Assembly (NCBI GenBank): GCA_004431415.1 | Contig: QPMI01000367.1 | Location: 1-32,653 of the forward strand | DNA: 32,653 nt | Reading direction: 5' to 3' | Origin: Cyanophora paradoxa CCMP329 | Lineage: Eukaryota > Plantae > Glaucophyta | In this document: positions 1 through 8,688 of the stretch, piece by piece | Position numbering within the stretch: the first letter of the stretch is position 1 | Layout of the letters: each line of letters begins with the position of its first letter | The notes under the pieces: model-generated | Databases searched by the model: none | Seen by the model: the letters and a program-made list of their open reading frames with translations, nothing else | Told to the model about the DNA's origin: nothing | Translations under genes and position numbers: made by a program

Positions 1-1145
1 GGAGGGGGCGCCGGCCAGCAGCAGAAGAGAGCGGCCGCTCTCCTCCAGGGCGCCGGCGGCCGCGGCCGTGGGCGGCGCCAGGAAGCAGGAGGCGTTGAAG
101 GCGTACGCGGCGCCAGAGCCGCCGCCGGCGAAGGCGTACGCGGCGCGGGAGGCGTACCAGCCGGCCGGCCTGGACGGCGGCGCGAGGCGGCGGCCCTCCT
201 CGGCGCGGCGGGAGCGGGAGCGGGAGCGGGGCGCGGTGCCGTACCCGCGGGGGGGCGGGGCGGGGCGGGATGTGGAGCGGGAGATGGAGGAGGTGGAGGC
301 GTGCCGGCGGCGGCTGCGGGGGGCGCAGGAGCTGCACGGGGAGCTGCGGGCGCAGGCGGAGGAGGCCGAGCGGGAGCTCCAGCGCCGCGACGATCGCGTC
401 CGCGAGCTCCTCGAGGCCCGCCCCGCCCGCCCCGCCCGAGCCGTCCAGCAGCGCTGAGGCCGCGTCAGGTGGCGGGCACGGGCCAGAGGGGCGCCGCAGA
501 GGTGCGGGTGAAGAACGAGGAGCTGCGGGGGGCGCGGGAGGAGGTCCGCCAGCTCGAGGCCCGCCTCGCCCGCCGCGAGGAGGCCGCCCTCGCCCTCGCC
601 GCCAAGGCGCCCCGCCCGCCTTCCCCCTCGCCCCGCCTCGCTTGGCGGGGGTTGAGGCCGGGGGGCAGGTGAGGCCGACGAAGGTGGCGAGCGTGGAGCT
701 GCAGGCCAAGGCCCTCTACGAGCACAGCATCCGCATGGCCCGCGAGCTCGAGCGCCTCTCCAAGGCCGCCCCCGCCGCCGCCAGCAACGCCCAGGCGCCC
801 GCCCCGCCCCGCCCCGCCCCGCCGGAGCCCCGCGGGGCCCCCCGCTGAGGGCGGCGGGGCAGCGGCTGGCGGAGGCGCTGGAGGAGATGGTGGAGGCCGG
901 CGGGCCCTCCGCCTTCGCCGGCCTCGAGATCGAGTGCGCCGCGGGGCGGGGGGGCGGGGAAGGGGCTCGGGGACGGGGCTGATGGGGCGGGGTGCAGGGA
1001 GGAGAACCGGGAGCTGCGGGGGCGGGTGCGGATGCTGGCGAAGGAGGTCCTCGGCCTCCGGGAGGAGCTCGCCCGCCTCGACGCCGCCCTCACCCGCGCC
1101 CAGCCCCCGGCGCCCCCGGCCCCCGCCCCCGGCCCCGCCCCCTGA
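1..1145 (+). CDS. Coiled-coil protein, 3' portion (5' end probably outside window)
   Basis: Exons join in frame over introns 416-468, 607-668, 795-862 (GC-AG) and 934-997 (GT-AG): ...ELQRRDDRVRELLE/VAGTGQ...KNEELRGAREEVRQLEARL.../VRPTKVASVELQAKALYEHSIRMARELERL.../RLAEALEEM.../EEENRELRGRVRMLAKEVLGLREELARLDAAL...P*; TGA at 1143-1145. Heptad-like E/R/L composition; no family recognised. Confidence 0.7.
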
Positions 1146-1568
1146 CCCCCAGCTTGCAATTGCCACGTGTTGCCGCTGCTAACAGAAGTTATGCCGCGGG
1201 CAATCATTGCAAATTGGACGCGAATCAACAGCAGGGGACGATCGGATACCAGCAGGGGACGTTAGGGTGTCAGCGTAGAACCCTGCCACACAGCTTCCCA
1301 GACATTTTGTGCTTTGCAAGGCATGTGTGCAAGCAGAGTGTGCTATTGACGAAGCGGAACTGAATCAGACTGGCAAAATTATTATGGTGACACCGACAGG
1401 GTGGCGGAAGAGAACATTCCGGGACCAAGTGGCGAACTATCTAAATCCTGAAGCCCGCATCCCAAATAGCTACAACTCTACAATTGATATCAGCAAGCAC
1501 CCCAACAATGCAACTAAGCAGAAATGCAGAGACGAGGTACGTCGCCAAAAAGGACTAAGCCAGGAGGC

Positions 1569-3792
1569 TTAGTTGCGGCGGGGGACCTTGGCGAGGAAGC
1601 CAGAGTCGACGAGGAAGAGCGGGGCCTTCTGGTACTCGATCGAGAGGCGCTTGGCCGACTCGACCCACTGGGCGGGGTCGCCGTTCTTGGGCGCGAACGA
1701 CGGGGGCGACGCGCGGCGGGGGGTGACGTTGTTGAACATGGAGAAGCCGAGGCGCTGGCGGTACCAGTCCGAGTAGCGGGGGGTCGAGAGCAGGAAGGGG
1801 CGGTCGCCGGTGGCGCGGCCGGCGAGGACGCGCGCGCGCTGGTACGGGACGGTGCAGTCGCCGAAGTTGGTGTTGTACTCGTCCGAGTCCATGACGGCAT
1901 CAACGAAGCCCTCAACGCCCTTGTTGGCGATGACGATCGACCACGCGATCTTCTCCGCCTCGTTGTAGGCGGCGCGCCCGAGGAGGCGCTGGAGGACGAT
2001 CTCGACGAAGCTGCCCCGCTCGTCAGAAAAGGAACGAGGGAGGAAAGCAGGAGGGCCGCACCGGTAGTTGTTGTTGGTCTCGAAGGTCGACTCGAGGAAG
2101 GCGGGGGAGGTGATGAGGCCGCGGATGAACTGCTTCACGGAGATGCGGCCGTTGCGGATCTGGGTCTCGAGGCCCTTCTGGCGGTTGTACTTCTGCACAG
2201 GGAGTGAGAAGGGGCGGAGGAAGAGGTGGCCGAGAGAGGCGCACCAGGTGGTGCACGTTGAAGATCTGGTTGTACGCCTGGTAGATCAGCTCATCGAGCT
2301 GGGCGGCGGACGGCTGGTCGGCGGTGTTGAGGGTCTTGGGGGCATCGGTGGTGATGCGGTCGCCGATGGTCTTGACGCGCCAGTTGTTGGTCGAGGGGGC
2401 GAAGTTGATCATGGGGATGCCGTTGGTCGGGAGGCCGATGGCGGTGGCGCCCTCGCCCTCGACGGTCTTAGCGACCACCTCGAAGTCGCGCGAGGTCTTC
2501 TGGATCACGGGGGTAGCCCAGGTGCGCTCGAAGGGGGTGTCGTAGAAGTCGGCGCCAGTGCCGGTGGTCTTCTTGCGGTAGTTGGCCGGGCGGGCGAGCG
2601 GGTTGGTGTAGTTGGTGTACTTCGAGCGGTAGTACGCCGAGTAGCGGGGGTTCTTCAGGTTGAACGGGGTCTCGCCGATGGCGCGGCCGGCAAGGCGGCG
2701 CGAGCGCTGGTACGGGACGCGGTAGTCGCCTGCAAGTGCGCATGAGCGAACGAGGCCAAAGCCGCGCCGCTTCAGCACGCCAATGCTCACCGAAGTTCTT
2801 GATGTACTCCTCAGAGCTGGTGAGCGCCTCAACGAAGCCCTCAACGCCCTTCTCGGCGATGACGATGGACCACGCGATCTTCTCAGCCTGGTTGTAGACG
2901 GCACGGCCGAGCACGCGCTCAACGACGATCTCGACGAAGCTGTATGCGCAGCCGTATCGTGAGCGAAGCCAACCGGAAGCCAACCCCGAGGATCGCACCG
3001 GTAGTTGGAGTTGGTGTAGAAGTACGAGTCCATGAAGAAGTCAGAGCAGATCAGGCCCTTAACGAACTCGCGGACGTTGATGGTGCCCTGCTTGAGCTGT
3101 GCTGGGCGTCAGCGGCCGCACGAACGTATGCGAACATTCCGGATATCGAAGTCAATCACCTGGGACTCTGTTCATTCCACATCCAAGGACACGCCAGAGG
3201 CGAAATGAGGAAAGGACAAGCGATTAGAACACGAAGACGTGCGCGTACGCGGGCCCGGGACGCCCCATGTGGGTGACGTCACCGGCCGGAGGGAAACGGC
3301 TCACCGAGGGTAGCCTGCTTCGAGGCGGCGATGGTGTTGTGCTCGCCGAAGATCTGGCGGTAAGCCGCGGCGACCTGCACGGGAGAGGCCCGTCAGGGAC
3401 CCTCGGACCGACGCGGCAGTTAGCGGCGGATGGGCATTGCTCACGGCCTCATCGAGCTCCGAGCCGAAGCGGTAGTCAACGATGAAGCCCTCGGACTGCG
3501 AGTCAGTCTGCGAGAGCGTCGGCGTTCGTCCATTCCGGACGGATACGGCGACGCGAGCGGATGGACGTACGGTCGAGGTGCCGAAGCCAGCAACACGGGT
3601 GTTGGTGGTCTTGGGCGCGAACTCGATGATGGGAATGGAAGCCGAGACCTCGAAGACGGGGGCCGCCTTCTCGACCGCAGCCGGGGCCGAGCGGAGGCGG
3701 GCGCCGGCGAACGAGCTGCTGAGCTTGGTGGCGGTCGCCACAGGGGCGACGCGCGAGGCGGCAACGGCGATCGGGGTGGCGAAGGCGGCCAT
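1569..3792 (-). CDS. cpcK: Plastid-targeted phycobilisome linker protein with two tandem CpcG-like (PBS linker) domains; CpcK-like
   Basis: Exons 3571-3792, 3445-3507, 3305-3374, 3160-3167, 2999-3096, 2791-2939, 2245-2729, 2062-2192, 1569-2010. Transit peptide MAAFATPIAVAASR...; repeat 1 SIPIIEFAPKTTNTRVAGF...AAYRQIF...LESQLKQGTINVREFV...NSNYRFVE...RVLGRAVYNQAEKIAWSIVIA...VPYQR; repeat 2 GIPMINFAPSTNNWRV...AYNQIF...LETQIRNGRISVKQFIRGL...NNNYRFVE...RLLGR...EKIAWSIVIA...FGDCTVPYQR. The linker family call is strong; the specific name cpcK (rather than cpcG) is from recall of Cyanophora linkers and is less certain. Confidence 0.9.
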
Positions 3793-4363
3793 TTTCCCAG
3801 ACGAACAAACTGAACTGGGTCGAACGAGCTGCCGAGTCTAAACTCGACTTCAATCTGACTTGATTATCCAACGTACCCCCCGGGCGCGCGCCACCAATTC
3901 CGAATCTCTGCCCCCGCTCTCCGGCATTCTCTCGCGCGCTCAGTGCGATTACTGCACACGCGTAGCTACGCCGCTAGCTACGGGGAATCGCGATGGGATC
4001 GGAGGCACTTGCGGCAAGACTTCGAATTCCGAAAAGTTCAAAAGCGAACTTCGGAATTTGGCGGGAAAAGCTTGCCAAAAGTTGAAGCGAACGTACGCGT
4101 GCATATGGGAAGCGCATTGGAGACCGTGTGCATGGCGGTCGGGCGCGGTCGTCGGGAGCGCGCGCCGCGCCGACGCCAGCGCTAGCGCGCGCACCTATAT
4201 AGCTATGGCCGGCGCCGGCGGCGTCTTCTCGCCTAGCTGCAACGCGTCAAGCTGGGCTACATTACTTACGCGTCGAGCTGCATTGCTGAGTCTCTGAGCT
4301 TGCCGGCCGCGGGAGTCGAGCGCTAGCGCTGGCCTCGAGCTCGCAGCGGGCGCGCGCCGGCGC

Positions 4364-7300
4364 TCAGAGCTCGAAGGACTCCGTGTGGACGTCGAAGCGG
4401 GCGCCGGCGGTGCGGCCTGCGCGGCGCGCGGCGGCGGCGGCCGAGGCGGTGAGGGAGGCGGGGCCGCATAGGAAGACGGCGACGGGCCCGCCGCCCAGCT
4501 CCCTCGCCCCCTCCGCCGCCTTCAGGAAGACCGCTGCCGCCCCGCGCCCGTCAGTCTAGCGGGCGGGCCCCAGAGGAAAGATTTGAAGGCGAGGCACCGT
4601 CGAGGTTCGGGCGCCCCCGGGCGACAGGCACCGTCAACGCGGCCGCGCCGGCGCCACCCTCGCCGCGCGACCCGCCGTGGGCGCCGTCGCCGCCGGCGGG
4701 TGCCGAGTGAGCGGCGGGGCCCGAGTGAGCGGCGGGGCCCGAGTGAGCGGCGGGGCCCGAGTGGGCGGCGGGGCCCGAGTGGGTGCGGATGAGGTCGATG
4801 GCGATGCCGGGCCCGCCGCTGGCGGCGCTGGCGGGCGTGCGCCCTCCCGGCCGCCCTCCCCGCCGCGGGGCCGCGGCCGCCGGCGCGGGCGGGCGGTCGG
4901 TGACGTGGATCTGGAGGGAGAGGTCGCACCCGCGCACCGCCAGCGCCCGCCGCACCTCCCCCAGCGGCCCTGCGCGGCCCGGCCTCAGGGCCCCGCGCGG
5001 CGTTGCGGGCCGGGGCCGGGGCGGGGCGGGGCGGGGGCGCGCCCTCGAAGATGCGGACGACGGCGGCGTCGCGGGCCGCCCAGCAGAAGACCACCCGCCG
5101 CCCCTGCCGGCGCGTCAGGGGCCCCACAGAGAGGCCGCCCCCGAGCGCGCGGGGGGAGAGGCGGGCCGTGGCGGAGGGGGCGGCGAGGGCGGCGAGGAGG
5201 GTGAGGGCGGGGGTCACGCCGATGCCCCCCACAACGACGACGACGCTCTCGTAGCCGGCGAAGTGCACCGCGGGGCGCCCGTACGCCCCCTCCACCCGCA
5301 CCTCCGGCATCTCCGCCCCGGGGCCCGCCTGCGGGGCGTCAGGCGAGGCGGGGGCGGGGGGCGTCGGGGAGGGCGGGGGAGCGCCTTGGCCAGGGCGTCG
5401 GCGAGAGCGAGGAGGCGGCCGGTGAAGGAGGCGGGGCCGTTGGCCTTGGCGTGGAGCGTGAAGGGCGCCCCGGGGCCCCCGGGCAGCGAGCTGACGGAGA
5501 ACGGGTGCGACTGCAGCCGCGAGACCGCCGGCACCTGCCCCCCCGCCCGACGCGCTCGGCCGGCGGGGCCGCGGGGCGGCGGGGGGCGGGGGGCGGAGGG
5601 ACCTCGAGGAAGACGTACTGGGCGGGCCGGTGCGCGGCAAAGCCCGCCTTCTGCACCTCCAGCCTGCCCCGCCCGTCGGCCCAGAGCCCCGGCCGGCGGC
5701 GCTGGCGGCGCAGGCGGGCTCGCGCACCGGACGATGTCGGTGCCGGGCTCGCGGCGGAGGGCGAGGAGGGCGGCGGGGGCGGAGCGGCGGCGCACGGCGC
5801 GGACCGCCCAGTCGAGCAGGAGCAGCGCCAGGCCCGGGATCGCGTACGGGATGTTCCGCACCCTGTGCAGCAGGCGGCGGGGGTCACGGGCCTCGCTGGT
5901 GACGAGGCGGGGTGGGCGGGGCGTGGCGGGCGGGGCGGGGCGCACTCGTGGATCATGACGAAGGCAAAGGCAACTAGGAAGAGCTGGTGGGCGTAGTAGA
6001 AGAGCTCGAAGGCGCGCCGCCGCACCGGGGGCGCCGCCAGGGCCGCCATCGTGGCGAGGAGGATGCCGGCGATGAGGCCGGCGAGGTTGCGGCGGCCCGA
6101 GGAGGACTCGCTGTTCCAGCGGAGGACGTAGGAGGCCCCCAGGGGCGTGTCCCGGTCGAAGTGCACGAACATGAGCGCCCCGTGGATCCACACCGTCGTC
6201 ACGAAGAGCACCGCCGCCCACCGGTGGTACTGCCCGCCGCCGGCCCCGCCCGCCGGTGAGTGCCGGTCGCGGGGCGGGCGGGGGGGACGGGGACGGACGC
6301 GGAGGGCGCGCTCCCAGGAGATGCCGAAGAGGGGGAGCCAGAGGGAGGTGCGGGCGACGGGCAGCAGCACGAAGAGCAGCTGCAGCTGCGCCATCCCCGC
6401 GAACGCGTCCGCCGCCGCCCCCACCCCCGTCGACTGGCCCCGCGCCCCGCCCCCTCGCGCCCGCACGGGGGCGGGTCGAGCGGGCGAGGTGGGGAAGGGC
6501 GGGAGAGGCGCGCCTTGGCGCTGTAGCGGCCGTAGTACGCGCCCCAGGTGCCGAGGAGCCCGAGGTAGAGGAGGCCGACCAGGAGCCCTCCCGCGCTCGC
6601 GTCGGTCGCCGGCCGCAGCGGCTGCCGCCCCCGGGTCAGAGAGGGGCGGGGCGGGCGGGGGAGGGAAGGCAGGGCGCCTTGGCCTGGCGCAAGAGGGCGC
6701 TGAAGGGGGTGCGGGTCGGAGCGGCGGCGACGGCAAGGCCGGCGAGCAGCGCGGCCCCCGTGAAGATCCCCAGCGCAACGTAGTTGTACCTGCCGCGCGG
6801 CCATCGCGGACTGACCCGATCCGGGGGGGGCGCCGGGCCCCGCGCGCGCGCACGGGAAGGAGGGGTACGGGTTGGCGAGCTCGGAGTCGCCGGCGCCGGT
6901 CCCCGGGGAGAGGAGGCCGGAGCCTGCGGAGTGCTCGGGGCGGGGGCCGGGGCGGCGGGGGCGGGGGCGGGCACGGGAGTAGTCGACGGGGAGGCCGACG
7001 TCCAAAGTCTGCGCCTCCAGCGCGCCCTGCAGCGACGCCACCGCCTCCTCCACGCTCCGCCCCGCCCCCTCCCCCGCACCCTCGATCTGCACGCCCCGCC
7101 GCCTCAGCGCCGGCAACGAGGGGCCGACGCGGCGGGTGCCCGGAATGTGACGACGATGCTGCCCGGCATGACGTTGATGATCTCGATGCGGGCGGGGTCC
7201 ACCTGCCGCGGCGGCGTGAGGCGGCGCGCGCGAGGCGCGCTGCGATGACGTGCCCCCGCGGCGGCCGCGACGCCCCTGCGGAAGGCCTGCTCGGCGCTCG

Positions 7301-8462
7301 ACGCCTCCGCCTGCAGCCGCTGCGGCGGAGGCGAGGCCGCCGGCGCCGCCGGCGCCGCCGCTCTGTCGCCGCTGCCGTCGTCCTCCGCCTCGCCGGGGCG
7401 GTCCCCGCGCCGGAGCAGGCGCCGCGACGGGGCCGGCCCCGCCGGCGCCGACCAGCGCGCGAAGTCTGCATTGAGCACGATCTGCGGCGCAGCGTCCAGT
7501 TGAGATGCAAGCTGAGCGGGCTGGAAAGGGGAGGCTCGCCCGGATAGGGGCGCTCGGTGGCTCCTGGACGCCGGGCTGCCCCGAGGCTGCCGGCCCGGGG
7601 CTTGCGCCGCCCTGCACGCAGCCCGGGGAGGTGGGAACGCTGCGAGGGGCGCGAGCTCAAGGTTCGACGGCGCGTGCGCGTAGAGCGACGGCGAAGGAAA
7701 GGACCTGTCGGCGAAGCCGGGGTGCGAGATATCCGTCGTCCGCAGCGGGTTCGCGCCAACGCTCCACGTGCAGCACGGATCTGACGTAACGTCAGCCCTG
7801 CTCGAGCTGGCGGCGGCGTGCCGCACTGCGCAGCGCACCGCCCAACTCCCAGCCGTTGCTGAACCCGTCGCCGTCGCTGTCCTGCCTGCGCGAGATCTAC
7901 GTCAGGGCGATCAAAAGCATCCGGGTTGCCATCGCGATCGACGGCACCTGCACAGCTCGGACGTCCACTGATGCCCAGCGGCTGCGAAGGCCCGTCCGAA
8001 CGCGTTCAGCGCGCCCCCTCCGCCGGGATTAACGTGGCCGACGCCGGCGAACGACTGGCCGTTCCTTCTCACGCTCCCACCATTAGGGATCTGCGCCTGG
8101 TAGCTGCGCACGCGCGTCAGCGGTGCTCAATTGCAAGTCAAGCGGTTGGGAGAGCGCGTCAGGATCTAGCTCGACGTTGAAGAAAGAGAGCGAGGAGGCT
8201 GTTCTGAGAACGCTCGCAAGTCTGCGTGACGGCCACTCGCACGCGCGGGCTCGGCGTGCAAGCCCGCGGTGCCGCGCAGCGCGCGCAGCGCACGCAGCGC
8301 GCGCAGCGCGCGGCGCTTGTCACGCGCGGTGAGGATAACCTCTGAATGGCATCCAGAATGCGGCACAACCGGGCCGATGAGGGACCACACGCACGTTGGA
8401 AAGCTTAGGGCTGGCAGGACGCAGAGGAAGAGGAGAATGCAGCAGCCCGTCGAAGATCTCAT
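4364..8462 (-). CDS. Temptin-domain / SEA-like / ferric reductase (FRO/FRE-like) transmembrane NAD(P)H oxidoreductase
   Basis: ATG 8460-8462 with signal peptide MRSSTGCCILLFLCVLPALS; temptin-like exons 7705-8103; SEA-like segment; TM region with His pairs HRWAAVLFVTTVWIH and HQLFLVAFAFVMIH; FAD motif QSHPFSVSS; NADPH-domain motifs VEGAYG, VVGGIGVTP, FCWAAR, GRPNL, VFLCGP; C-terminus DVHTESFEL, stop at 4364-4366. Confidence 0.85.
4703..4783. repeat. 18-bp coding minisatellite (CCGAGTGAGCGGCGGGGC x4), read as HSGPAA repeats on the - strand
   Basis: Copies at 4703, 4721, 4739 and 4757 plus a partial fifth; in frame within the reductase NADPH-binding domain. Confidence 0.9.
7620..8400 (-). other. 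Temptin-like domain (spliced)
   Basis: Spliced peptide FPT/YQAQIPNGGSVRRNGQSFAGVGHVNPGGGGALNAFGRAFAAAGHQWTSELCR/QDSDGDGFSNGWELG/DPCCTWSVGANPLRTTDISHPGFAD/SVPTSPGC follows the temptin pattern as I recall it (Y..IPNG...GVGH...G.G.LN.FG..F.AAG..WT..LC..DSDGDG.SNG.ELGDP.C.W......RTTD.SHPG). Confidence 0.85.
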
Positions 8463-8688
8463 CGTGGAGGGACGAGGCTGCGTGCGTGATTCGATCGTGA
8501 TCTACTACCCCCTTTCTAGCCTCAACAGAAGGCCCTCTACCCCAGTTACGTATACGCGTGGCCCGGTAGGCCGGTTCCATAGGACATTTCGCATCAACTA
8601 GTACAAAGACAGCTGCAGAGGCTGTTCAATTGCAAAGACAGAGGCCAGGCAAGCGCGTCGGCCTGCAGCGCCGCGGCCCGTCGGCAGG

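Noticed and set aside
1309-1572. 87-aa ORF downstream of the linker gene
   Set aside because: Non-ATG start, atypical codon usage, and lies in the convergent 3' UTR zone.
4364-6800. Calling the oxidoreductase an RBOH/NOX5-type NADPH oxidase
   Set aside because: No cytosolic EF-hand region seen, the N-terminus is predicted extracellular, and the ESFEL end is FRO-like; superoxide production is still untested.
5339-7759. Very long Arg/Pro/Gly/Ala-rich ORFs (806 aa here; also 9219-11033, 26378-28099, 30363-32591)
   Set aside because: Expected from stop-codon scarcity at extreme GC; they read through introns or lie antisense to real genes.
7911-8462. Temptin as a stand-alone secreted gene
   Set aside because: No stop follows the domain in the spliced frame, which continues into the SEA-like and TM exons, and no separate start is evident for the reductase. 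Not fully excluded without cDNA.
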